A stretch of 64,000 nt of DNA. It comes from Promethearchaeota archaeon (lineage in GTDB: Archaea > Asgardarchaeota > Lokiarchaeia > Sigyniarchaeales > SOKP01). Made by a program: the position numbers and the translations under genes. The stretch lies in NCBI GenBank assembly GCA_019057795.1, contig JAHLWS010000069.1:1-64000 (forward strand). The letters run 5' to 3'. Under the pieces are notes generated by a model. The model made no database searches and was not told the origin of the DNA. It saw only the letters and a program-made list of their open reading frames with translations. Positions 10,307 to 19,982 of this stretch are shown in pieces; within the stretch, counting starts at the first letter, position 1; every line of letters begins with the position of its first letter.

Positions 10307-11110
10307 TTAGTGATTCAAATGATATTTTACTTCTGGGATTTGATAACTCGGAACTACGATATTTAATCTTTTAATACTATCCTTATAACGTACTTTTTTA
10401 AATTGTTTTAGTTTATTAATAATTTTCTCGATATTATTGATTGTATAATTCTCCCTTATAGCATCGAAGAACTCAATTTCTCTCTCTTTTAGATTTTTTC
10501 GGTCAATATAATTCATTTTTCCTATCCAAATAGTTTCAGAGATATAAGGATATAATTTTTTTACTAAAGGGACTGGATCGAGATCTATAAAGGGTTCAAT
10601 GGAGACACTCGTTTTAAATTTCATTTTATAAGCGTACTTCAAAGAATCTAAACGCTCTTCGAAAGAGGGAGCTCCTTCTTCCCAAAAATTTAATAAATCG
10701 TTATTTAATGAAGTGATTGTAAATCTAAATTGAATCTTAGTTCTATATTCTTGGAAAGTCTCACAAAGCTCTCTTATGACAGAATAATAAGGTTTTGAAG
10801 TAATTAAGATCGAATTTCCAGCATTTAGAAGTTTTTCTATTGTTCTAAAACACTCATATTTAAATTCAGGAACGATGTCATGTGAAGAGGGAAACATTAC
10901 CCTTCCTTTCCGTTTTTTATAATTCTTATTTAATTTTTCTTGACATAACTCCATAATTTTCCAAGTTTCTTCCGTTTTTCTCCCAAATCGTAAAGCAAGC
11001 TTTTTTGCATAGCAATAACGACAATTGTGAGAACATCCTGAAAGAATATTTACGTTAGAAGATGCCCATTCTTTTGTTCCAGTTGGAATAGCAGATTTTA
11101 TTTTTTCCAT
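10307..11110 (-). CDS. Radical SAM protein (SPL-like / DUF5131-related)
   Basis: EWA...N...GCSHNCRYCYA (CxxxCxxC), ITSKP, WEEGAPSFEERL, VSIEP. Confidence 0.8.
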   Translation of the reverse strand: MEKIKSAIPTGTKEWASSNVNILSGCSHNCRYCYAKKLALRFGRKTEETWKIMELCQEKLNKNYKKRKGRVMFPSSHDIVPEFKYECFRTIEKLLNAGNSILITSKPYYSVIRELCETFQEYRTKIQFRFTITSLNNDLLNFWEEGAPSFEERLDSLKYAYKMKFKTSVSIEPFIDLDPVPLVKKLYPYISETIWIGKMNYIDRKNLKEREIEFFDAIRENYTINNIEKIINKLKQFKKVRYKDSIKRLNIVVPSYQIPEVKYHLNH

Positions 11111-11372
11111 TTTATATTAATATTTATGTATGTTTATAAAGGGCAAAAAATGATCGTTTAATTTTTATGATTCTATTACATAAAATATTCCCTTTTTTTA
11201 TATAAAGAATAGGATTTTTTTTTTATAGTAAAGCTATTGCTTTACTAAGAGAGAAAATTTAAAAGTATCAAGAGAGATTGATGAAAGAGAGTTGATAATC
11301 TTAACTATAAAGAATCAAGTTGATTTTTACAAAAAGGTTTATGATTAATTTGTAATTAATACAATATTATTT

Positions 11373-12401
11373 TCAATCTTCCAATTTTAGGATGAAATCG
11401 CAGACAGAATCCCCTGTGCCGATAAACTTCTCTCTTTTGTATTTAATTTTAGGGTTGAATTCTTTTATTACTGGTTCTAAATATGGGATGCACATTTCTT
11501 TACAAATTGACTCTATTCTGTGGTGCCTATCTGGATTTCTTTCCATAGCTTCGATATAAGGACATTTGGTGATGTTTATTACTGCCTTCTTCTCGCCTTC
11601 TTGAAAGATCTCGTGGATATTACCTTCACAATTCCATACAAAAGAAAGAATTTCTAGTAAGTCGTTTAGAGAATTTCCCTCGAGTTTTAAATATTTTTTT
11701 ACTCTGCGAAATATGATGCTATATAATCTCTGCCATACTACTATATCAAGTTTTAGGGCTGTATCCCAGTCTATCTCGTTTTCGGTTTCTATTACCCACA
11801 ACCCGTCGAGCGACCTAAAATTTCTTTCGAAATAAAACAATTTATCTTTTTTAGTAATTCTCCTCAATGGTTTAATAGGTTCGCTTTTTTCATCTTCACC
11901 TAAAAGAGATTTATCTAAAAAAAAGTTAAAATTGCAGAAATTATCTCCTAATCCCATATACATAGTTCTTTTTACAATTATTTCCTTATTGAAATCTCTA
12001 ATAATTGATTTATAGAATGGAATACACATGTCTTTACAGATTAAAGAAATTTTTTCTTGACGTTCTGGATTTCGATCCATAGCCGCTTTATAAGGGCATT
12101 TTATAATTATTATTTCTGCTTTATCACATTCATTTTGTTTCAGTTCGTAATCCCAGCCTTCTATAGACCATCGAAAACTAAGAATTTCAATTAAGTCGTT
12201 AAGATTATTTGTCTCGATCTTTAAATATTTTTTTAGCCTTCTAATAATGATTTTTAACAACTTCTCCCATACAACTAAATCAATCTTTAATGCGATCTTC
12301 CAATTCGTTTCCTCTTCCGTCTCTATCATCCAAAGTCCATCTAGACTAAAAAAACTTCTTTCAAAAAAAAATAATTTGTCCTCTAAGCTTAAATTTCTCA
12401 C
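11373..12401 (-). CDS. Tandem-duplicated DUF6125 / ATC-hydrolase-like (V4R-type) domain protein
   Basis: Two internal copies of FERxFxSLDGLW...CPY..AMxRNP...ICKxMCIP...GxGD..CxF. Confidence 0.7.
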   Translation of the reverse strand: MRNLSLEDKLFFFERSFFSLDGLWMIETEEETNWKIALKIDLVVWEKLLKIIIRRLKKYLKIETNNLNDLIEILSFRWSIEGWDYELKQNECDKAEIIIIKCPYKAAMDRNPERQEKISLICKDMCIPFYKSIIRDFNKEIIVKRTMYMGLGDNFCNFNFFLDKSLLGEDEKSEPIKPLRRITKKDKLFYFERNFRSLDGLWVIETENEIDWDTALKLDIVVWQRLYSIIFRRVKKYLKLEGNSLNDLLEILSFVWNCEGNIHEIFQEGEKKAVINITKCPYIEAMERNPDRHHRIESICKEMCIPYLEPVIKEFNPKIKYKREKFIGTGDSVCDFILKLED

Positions 12402-12548
12402 GATTTAACCTTGTTTAATGATTTTATCTATAATTAAAAAACGATTCCATATTATTTATATTGTAAATAAAATCATTTTGCATTTAGTTGATATTATTTA
12501 GGGGATTTGTAATAATTACAGGAATTTCATCGTAACGAGGTTTAAAAT

Positions 12549-13382
12549 TTGGAAATCTTTTTATTCGCTTTTTTGTTGAGTTTATTTGCTGGGTTGTCTA
12601 CAACAGTGGGCAGCTTTATCGCGTTTGTTATGAAAAAACCTAGTCCAAAATTTATTTCTTTTATAATGGGATTTTCAGCGGGAATTATGATTCTCATATC
12701 CTTTGTAGAATTGCTACAAGAAAGTATTAACACAAATGGTATTTTTATGGGATTCGTATTTTTCTTTATAGGGATGCTAATTATGCTTGTTATTGACATT
12801 CTTGTATCCCATAAATACGAATTTGAGGATTCTATAGAAATTTTTGTCACCGAAAATGGTAAATATGAGCCACATATTCATCGTGGCCATCGTGGCCGTC
12901 AGAAGTATCGTGGCGAAATAAAAAACGTAAAATTAGCAAAAAGCTCTTTATTCATATTTTTAGGGGTATTTATTCATAATTTCCCAGAAGGGATGGCAAC
13001 ATTTATTGGAACTGTAAAGGATGTTGAACTTGGTTTGTTATTAACTTTAGCAATAGCTCTGCATAACATTCCAGAAGGAATTGCTGTTGCGGTACCGATC
13101 TATGCTAGCACAGGAGATAAAAAAAAAGCTTTTAAATGGTCTTTCTTATCAGGTATAAGCGAACCAATAGGTGCATTAATAACGGGACTTATCCTTTTCC
13201 CTTTTATTAACAATGTTTCATTAAGTGCTCTATTAGGCATTGTAGGTGGAATTATGGTCTATATTTCTTTAGATGAGTTATTACCCGTCTCTAAAGCGCT
13301 AGGTAAAGAACACATATCCATTTTAGGGATCATTTCTGGGATGTTAATCATGGCCCTAAGTTTGTCGTTATTTAATTTGTAG
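12549..13382 (+). CDS. zupT: ZIP-family zinc transporter
   Basis: HNFPEG and HNIPEG motifs, His-rich loop, multiple TM helices. Confidence 0.9.
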   Translation: MEIFLFAFLLSLFAGLSTTVGSFIAFVMKKPSPKFISFIMGFSAGIMILISFVELLQESINTNGIFMGFVFFFIGMLIMLVIDILVSHKYEFEDSIEIFVTENGKYEPHIHRGHRGRQKYRGEIKNVKLAKSSLFIFLGVFIHNFPEGMATFIGTVKDVELGLLLTLAIALHNIPEGIAVAVPIYASTGDKKKAFKWSFLSGISEPIGALITGLILFPFINNVSLSALLGIVGGIMVYISLDELLPVSKALGKEHISILGIISGMLIMALSLSLFNL

Positions 13383-13401
13383 ATAACTCTAAATAGCGAA
13401 A

Positions 13402-14283
13402 TTATTGAATTTTAAAAATACGTTTAGCATTATTAAAAAAAATATTTTCATAAAAAGATCTAGGTAACTCCATTTTAAGTAATCCTTTTGTAGAATTTTC
13501 GTAGTCGTAGGGGATATTAGGGAAATCAGAACCAAAAAGTATTCGATCTTGATAAGATAATAATACATCCGGTTTGGGACGCTTTGTTCCTCTTTCAGGA
13601 AATATATTATTAGGTATATAAATCATGGTGGTATCCAAATAGAGGTTCTCGTGTTTATCTAATAGTTTTAAAAATTTATCGTATTCAAAAGCTCCCATAT
13701 GAGCTATGATTATATTCATTTCTGGATATTTTTCAAAAAAATTCATAAAATTTTTGTATCCGACGTACTGGTTTCGATAAGGCGCTGTTCCTATGTGGAC
13801 GGCCATCCATTTACCTCTATCGACAATTACATCATACATCTCAAATAAACGACTGTCGTTTAGGTAGAAGTTCTGGACTAAAGGTTGAATTTTTATACCG
13901 TAAAAATCGTATTCGTCGAACACTTTTTTAATATATTCAACGAGGTTATTATCTTCCGGCCAAACACAAGCAAATGGAATGGAATTTTTATAGTTTTGAT
14001 TAAACTCATAAGTCCAATCGTTAATGTATTCTGCTACACCTACCTTATGAGCATAATTATAAGTAGTAAAATGTTTTATGTTTTTACTTTCAAGAATTTT
14101 TACTAATTCTTCTGTTGGTAGCTTATAATTAATTAACCATCCTTTTATTTTACCTTCATTATCTCGTTGTTCAAAGTAATTCCAAATTGCTTCAAATATT
14201 TGCGGTGGGAAAAAGTGGCAGTGTGAATCAATGTATTTGAAATCATTATGCGAATAGCTCATTAAAAAATATGAATTGTTCAA
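13402..14283 (-). CDS. Amidohydrolase family 2 protein
   Basis: IDSHCH, GIKIQP, HIG, IIAHMG, FGSDFP, NAKR. Confidence 0.85.
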   Translation of the reverse strand: MNNSYFLMSYSHNDFKYIDSHCHFFPPQIFEAIWNYFEQRDNEGKIKGWLINYKLPTEELVKILESKNIKHFTTYNYAHKVGVAEYINDWTYEFNQNYKNSIPFACVWPEDNNLVEYIKKVFDEYDFYGIKIQPLVQNFYLNDSRLFEMYDVIVDRGKWMAVHIGTAPYRNQYVGYKNFMNFFEKYPEMNIIIAHMGAFEYDKFLKLLDKHENLYLDTTMIYIPNNIFPERGTKRPKPDVLLSYQDRILFGSDFPNIPYDYENSTKGLLKMELPRSFYENIFFNNAKRIFKIQ

Positions 14284-14312
14284 TGAATAAAAGTTTTAAA
14301 TAGAAAATAAGA

Positions 14313-15326
14313 CTAAATTTCTGCAAAAAAAACATTAATAATAATAAAAACAATAAAGATGACCAACAAAATTAATCCATCTTTTTTGGTAAGCTTTTCT
14401 CTTCTAGAAGAAAGGTTGAAATAAACGATAATTATTAATAATATTAACCAATTCAATAGTAATATTAATTTAAAAGATATATTCATCATAATAACTCCAC
14501 TAATTCCGAAAGTAATTGTCAAATTCCAAATTAATTTACCAATCATACCTCCGAAACCAATATCTACGGACTTTTTCTTTATGGATTTTAAAATCAAGGT
14601 TAATTCCTCCACGTTAGTAACGAATCCTATAATAATAAATCCAAAAAACGCTTCGGGTATATGTAGTATATCAATAATTTGACCTGCAGATAAAATTAGT
14701 AATTCACCTCCAATTAAAATAAAGATAAACCCTATAGATGTTATAAAGATCTTCTTTGCTTTAGAGGATCCTTGTAATTCCATCGATTCTCTTTCGTTAA
14801 ATTTTGTGTCTTCTTCGATATCCTCTACATTTCTATCCTTTTCTTGGGAATAATGCCTAAGATTCCTCAAAAAGTAGATTATATATACTCCTAAAGCGAT
14901 TAAACCGGATACAAACATAAAATTGTTAAATACGAGCCTAAAAAGAAGATTAATTAATAAAATATATAAAATTATAAAGTAAAATCTTGATAGAGATTTA
15001 AACTTCAAAGTGTAGAATATTAAAGATAAGGCAAATGGTAATGTCATAGCAATTATAGAATTACCGACTACATTTCCAATAGAAACGTAAGGTAGCCCGT
15101 TAATAGCAGCGATTATGGAAGCGATTGATTCTTCAGGATCAATTCCAAGAACCAACATTCCAATAATAAAAGGCGATAAATTGTAAATGACACAAATATC
15201 TTTCAAATTATCCAAAAAGATGTCAGCAGCAAAAAAAATAATAAAATAACTTCCGATAAAAAATATAATCCAAAAAGTTATTCCTAACATTGAAATCATA
15301 TCATCATATTTTTTATTAAAAATCAC
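14313..15326 (-). CDS. Sodium/calcium exchanger (CaCA, YrbG-like)
   Basis: Two alpha repeats (GIDPEE...GNVVGN; TNVEE...GGMIG), hydrophobic. Confidence 0.8.
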   Translation of the reverse strand: MIFNKKYDDMISMLGITFWIIFFIGSYFIIFFAADIFLDNLKDICVIYNLSPFIIGMLVLGIDPEESIASIIAAINGLPYVSIGNVVGNSIIAMTLPFALSLIFYTLKFKSLSRFYFIILYILLINLLFRLVFNNFMFVSGLIALGVYIIYFLRNLRHYSQEKDRNVEDIEEDTKFNERESMELQGSSKAKKIFITSIGFIFILIGGELLILSAGQIIDILHIPEAFFGFIIIGFVTNVEELTLILKSIKKKSVDIGFGGMIGKLIWNLTITFGISGVIMMNISFKLILLLNWLILLIIIVYFNLSSRREKLTKKDGLILLVIFIVFIIINVFFAEI

Positions 15327-15919
15327 TTTTCTTTAGGAGGGACTGAATTTCTTATTTGTGAACTTATTAAAAAATAGATATAGTTGTCAAGTCCTAAGTT
15401 ATCTAAATTAATCGTTTTTTGTTTATTTTGTTTTAAAAAATCTTGTATGAATTCTTCGACTTTTTGATTAAACAGCTTTCCTGTTTTCTTATCAAGAAGA
15501 AACATGACAAGATTTATGTTATCTTTATGTTCTTCAAGATTAGGTGTGAGAATATTTTGAATTATGCTTTGAGAGAGTAAAATAAAATTGTTTAGTTGAG
15601 TTGTTATTTCCTGCTTTTTTTGGAGAGGCAAATTTTCGATAGTCTTAATATCGACTATTGAAGGTTCTCTAAAAATTTCAGGATTAATCCTCCAAAATTT
15701 TACTTGCAAATTATTTTTTGATTTAACTTTTGAAAGTTGGATTAAATTAGCATCTTTCATAATTTCTAGATTTCTTGTAATTGTAGATACATTTTTTTTA
15801 AGCATTTTCGCTAATTTTCCAGCGCTTAACTCCCTATAAACGATTAAATTCCATGAAATACGAGAACGGGTCATATTATCAAATAACTTGAGCATGTTAA
15901 ATACTACCAATATTATCAC
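15323..15919 (-). CDS. Winged-helix (ArsR-like) transcriptional regulator
   Basis: TRSRI...LSAGKLAKML...STITRNLEIM...LI HTH pattern; 4-nt overlap with the exchanger gene. Confidence 0.7.
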   Translation of the reverse strand: MIILVVFNMLKLFDNMTRSRISWNLIVYRELSAGKLAKMLKKNVSTITRNLEIMKDANLIQLSKVKSKNNLQVKFWRINPEIFREPSIVDIKTIENLPLQKKQEITTQLNNFILLSQSIIQNILTPNLEEHKDNINLVMFLLDKKTGKLFNQKVEEFIQDFLKQNKQKTINLDNLGLDNYIYFLISSQIRNSVPPKEK

Positions 15920-16006
15920 TCTATATTTATTACTATAATTTTAATTATGCAAAAGATATATAAATGTGTAGCGTTTTCTATAACATAAGCGCTTGCATTA
16001 CCGCAA

Positions 16007-17263
16007 GTGGAAATAATTAAATATTTTAAAAAAATGAAGATTAAAACCTTAAATTTAAAACAGAAAGAGAAGTTATTGATTTCATTATTTGAAGAAGGAA
16101 AGTTTATTGAAGCAAAAATTGGATTTCAAAATATCTTAGATGAAATCCCAAACAAATTTAATGCTCTATTTTATTTAGGGAGAATAAATTTGCTTTCTAA
16201 TAATTTGAATAAAGCTAAAGAATTATTAACCAAGGCATCCAAACTAAAACCAAAGAAACTAGAATTAAACCCCTTACTTGGTGAATTATACTATCGTTTA
16301 AAAAATTATTCTAAAGCATCCGAATTTTATGTTGCTGCTGGAAGAAAGGTTGTCGCTAAAAAATTAGCTAGTTTTAATGGTTCTATACCCTACCAGATTG
16401 AAAGTGAACAAGAAATATCGAAAATAAAATTCATAATGTCAGAACCATTACCAGTAGTTGAAATTAAAGTAAATGAAAGTCAACCAGTTAATTTTGTCAT
16501 AGACACAGGTGGTGCAGAAATCATACTTGATCAACAATTTGCTCAAGAAATAGGAGCGAAGAACTTTGGTAATGAAATAGGATCCTTTGCTGGAGGAAAA
16601 ACCGCAACATTTCAACATGGAAAAGTAGATTCAATTCTTATTGGGGATTTCAAAGTGAGAAATGTTCCCATTAATATAATGGACATCCGTCGCATTTCAG
16701 ATGCTTATTTTAAGGGTTTAAGAATAGATGGTGTAATTGGTACCATATTATTATATCAATTTCTCGCTAGTATTGATTACCCTAATAGTCAATTAATCTT
16801 GCGATGTAAAGACTATGAAAATTTATCTCAATTTGAAAAAGAAGCTGAAAATGGTAAATGCGTAATTGTTCCATTTTGGCTAGCAGGAGATCATTATATG
16901 GTTGCTTGGGGAAGAGTGAACGATTCTAATCCCATGCTTTTCTTTATAGATACAGGATTAGCGGTGGGAGGTTTTGTATGCCCAAAATCTACGATAAAAG
17001 AAGGAAATATCAAATTAGAAAAGGAGAAAGCAGAAGAATATTTAGGAGGGGGTGGAAACACTAAAGGTATTCCATTTGAAATAAATAAATTAAGTTTTGG
17101 AGATACTAGAGAAAATAATATTCGAGGGATATATTTTAATAATTTTCAATTTGAAAAAGCATTTGGATTTCATGTTGGTGGGTTAATTTCACATGATTAT
17201 TTCAGTAATTACACTGTTACTATAGATTTCATAAAAATGCGATATTTCCTAAGTAAAAAATAA
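16007..17263 (+). CDS. TPR-repeat protein with two retropepsin-like aspartyl protease domains
   Basis: N-terminal TPRs; FVIDTGG...DGVIG and FFIDTGL...GGLIS. Confidence 0.8.
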   Translation: MEIIKYFKKMKIKTLNLKQKEKLLISLFEEGKFIEAKIGFQNILDEIPNKFNALFYLGRINLLSNNLNKAKELLTKASKLKPKKLELNPLLGELYYRLKNYSKASEFYVAAGRKVVAKKLASFNGSIPYQIESEQEISKIKFIMSEPLPVVEIKVNESQPVNFVIDTGGAEIILDQQFAQEIGAKNFGNEIGSFAGGKTATFQHGKVDSILIGDFKVRNVPINIMDIRRISDAYFKGLRIDGVIGTILLYQFLASIDYPNSQLILRCKDYENLSQFEKEAENGKCVIVPFWLAGDHYMVAWGRVNDSNPMLFFIDTGLAVGGFVCPKSTIKEGNIKLEKEKAEEYLGGGGNTKGIPFEINKLSFGDTRENNIRGIYFNNFQFEKAFGFHVGGLISHDYFSNYTVTIDFIKMRYFLSKK

Positions 17264-17436
17264 ATTCTTTATGATAAATATTATTTACATGGTAATGGAA
17301 TTTTTAAAAGCTTGTAAAACTCATTCTTTTATTTTTCTCGTATTTCTATATATATAAGTTAATATATTTAAAAGAAAGTTGATTCTTTGGTCTTTGTACA
17401 AATATAATAAAAATAATAAAGAAAAGGAAAAAAAAA

Positions 17437-17601
17437 TTATTCTTTCCTCAGAAGAGTGCTGAGTTCAATTTTGAGTAAATCCCTAATTGCTACGCGAATA
17501 ACTTCTGAACGGTTAGGATACATGTTCATGTTAACTAATTCTTCTATTCCCTTAATATATGCTTCTGGAATGTGTACTGTTATGAGCTTTATTAAAACCA
17601 C
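17437..17601 (-). CDS. Small ribbon-helix-helix (CopG/CdrS-like) regulator, missed by the ORF track
   Basis: Translates KLITVHIPEAYIKGIEELVNMNMYPNRSEVIRVAIRDLLKIE. Start is GTG at 17601 or ATA at 17592 (5 nt after AAGGTGG). T-rich run follows the stop. Confidence 0.85.
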   Translation of the reverse strand: MVLIKLITVHIPEAYIKGIEELVNMNMYPNRSEVIRVAIRDLLKIELSTLLRKE

Positions 17602-18075
17602 CTTATAAACTGTTAATAATGTTGTTTTTAATATCTAAGCACGAAAACAGAATAATATATCCGTATAATACGAGAATAATATATTTAGAACACGCAAACA
17701 TTTCACGAATATGTATACTAACTAATTATGTTAAATATTTATTTTTTAAATTTTTAATCCTTGGGATGTTAAGTATTTCAGATTCTATAATTAGGAATGA
17801 ATAAAAAATTCTATTATAAAGTCTATATGCATTCCATCAATCTTTATTTTTTATATTTTGAGAGAATTTACTTAGATTTTCTTGTGAAACTTATGAAATC
17901 ATTGAATCCGTACAAATTTGAGGTAAAAATTTTAAATAAAGATAACCAAAAAAAAGGGAATTTAAAAGTTCTAATATTTTAGAAATAATAAGTTTTTATA
18001 TCGATTAATGATATATATCCATAAGTGAGATATTCTTTTTGTCTCACACAAATTTAAATCAAAAACTGAGAAAAA

Positions 18076-19134
18076 ATGTCAGAAATTGTAATTAAATTAG
18101 AAAATTTAACGAAAAAATTTGGAAACTTTACTGCGGTCAACAGTGTTAATTTAGAAGTACGGAGAGGAGAAACTATCGGACTCGTAGGTCCAAACGGCGC
18201 GGGAAAAACGACCGTGATAAAGATGATTGCGAAGATTCTCAGACCAAATTCAGGTAAAATACTAATTAGAACAAACCATAGTGATTTGCAGGACTTACGA
18301 CATGTATCTTCAACAGTTAGCCAGATTGGCTTCTTAATCGATATACCTAATTTTTACAACATGACAGCCTATCAGCTACTCAAGTACTTTGGAAAGATTC
18401 AGAGATATCCTAAGGATAAATTAAATAACCGAATCGACGAACTTTTAACGCTTTTTAATCTTTCAGAGTGGAAGTTTGAGAGAGTTAGAAATTATTCTAA
18501 AGGGATGGTGCAAAAATTAGGAATAATCCAAGCCATTTTCCACGATCCAGAAATTATTATTTTGGACGAACCACAAACTGGATTGGACCCACTTGCGAGA
18601 ATAGAAATACGTAAATATCTCAGAGAACTTCAATCAATGGGAAAAACCATCTTTGTCGCATCACATATGCTCTACGAGATTTCTGAAGTGTGTGATAAAA
18701 TAGCGTTAATAAATTATGGTAAAATAATAGGATTCGATACAGTAGAGAACTTAGCACTTACCCTAAAGACAAGTGAATTGAATTGTGATCTACTAAATCC
18801 TCTTGGAGCTGAAAAATTGGCTTCTTTGTTATCTCGATTAGCTGAAAGACTTAAGCCTTATCTTGATCAGAATTTGGATCCAAACATATCAAAGATTCCT
18901 ATAAAGTATAACCCTGAACATCAAGGATTGAAACTGTATTTTGATGGAAAAAACGAATCTAAAGGAGAGATTTTGAAAATTTTAGTTAAGGAATTCGAGT
19001 CAGATTTCACAGTTGTCTCATTTATTCAACCAAGAACTACTCAACTTGAGAGAATATATACACAAATGGTAAGAAATAACACACCAGAAGGTTCAACTAA
19101 ATTAAAAGGAGATGACAGTAAAAATGAGAAATAA
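18076..19134 (+). CDS. ABC-2 type exporter ATP-binding subunit
   Basis: GPNGAGKT, YSKGM, ILDEP, SH. Confidence 0.92.
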   Translation: MSEIVIKLENLTKKFGNFTAVNSVNLEVRRGETIGLVGPNGAGKTTVIKMIAKILRPNSGKILIRTNHSDLQDLRHVSSTVSQIGFLIDIPNFYNMTAYQLLKYFGKIQRYPKDKLNNRIDELLTLFNLSEWKFERVRNYSKGMVQKLGIIQAIFHDPEIIILDEPQTGLDPLARIEIRKYLRELQSMGKTIFVASHMLYEISEVCDKIALINYGKIIGFDTVENLALTLKTSELNCDLLNPLGAEKLASLLSRLAERLKPYLDQNLDPNISKIPIKYNPEHQGLKLYFDGKNESKGEILKILVKEFESDFTVVSFIQPRTTQLERIYTQMVRNNTPEGSTKLKGDDSKNEK

Positions 19135-19981
19135 AAATGATTCTTATATTGGTCTAACCCCAATTTTTCATACAATTATCTTTGAAATGAAAAAACAGAG
19201 AAAAAAACTCTACTTTTTTATATTAGTCACAATCTTAGTTGCAGTGTTACTAGGTTATATCTTGCAGCTTTTCCCTGAATATCTCTTATCAGACACACAA
19301 GCTGCCTTCTTTAGTGGCGGATTAGGCTTTATATCGTTTATATCCTTATTTGCTGCATGTTTGTTTTTTTCAGGGATTATCTGTTCTGAATTTAACAAAA
19401 GAACAGGCTTTATAGTTTTTCCAAAAATAAACAAATACAAATTGATAATAGGGAAATATCTTGGAAATTTATTCCTCGTGGTATTTATTGTTACCGTTTA
19501 CTACTTCGTTCTTGGGCTTCTAGGTTTCTATTATTACGGTGGACCAATTAATATTCGAATCTTCTATTCATATGGTTTTGCCATACTATATGTAATTGCG
19601 CTGAGCAGCTTTGTGACCTTATTTAGTTCTTTTATGAAAAATGTGAATGTAACAATCATTGTAACTTTAATAATACTTTTTATGGGATTTAATATAGCTG
19701 ATATGATTGTTAACCTAATTTATGCTGGTACCTTTGAACCTCTATACTCTTTGGCATATTTGGATAATCTAATTACTTCGATATTACAAAATCCATTTCC
19801 AGATCCAAGATATGTCGAATATTCATTTGGTGGAATGGGTGGTATGGGTGGTATGGGGGGCAGTTTTACATATGGTTCTTGGGTAACACCTAGTATAGCT
19901 ATGGGAACAACGTTATTACTTGTGTATATCGTAGCATTTTTTGTATTAGCAGCATTATTATTCAAACGGAGGCAATTGTAA
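19112..19981 (+). CDS. ABC-2 type exporter permease
   Basis: Six TM segments, ICSEFNKRTG loop, GKYLG; overlaps the ATPase gene end. Confidence 0.85.
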   Translation: MTVKMRNKNDSYIGLTPIFHTIIFEMKKQRKKLYFFILVTILVAVLLGYILQLFPEYLLSDTQAAFFSGGLGFISFISLFAACLFFSGIICSEFNKRTGFIVFPKINKYKLIIGKYLGNLFLVVFIVTVYYFVLGLLGFYYYGGPINIRIFYSYGFAILYVIALSSFVTLFSSFMKNVNVTIIVTLIILFMGFNIADMIVNLIYAGTFEPLYSLAYLDNLITSILQNPFPDPRYVEYSFGGMGGMGGMGGSFTYGSWVTPSIAMGTTLLLVYIVAFFVLAALLFKRRQL

Positions 19982-19982
19982 A

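Noticed and set aside
17619-17982. Two 61-aa plus-strand ORFs
   Set aside because: AT-rich intergenic translations with no motifs, lying in the divergent promoter region.
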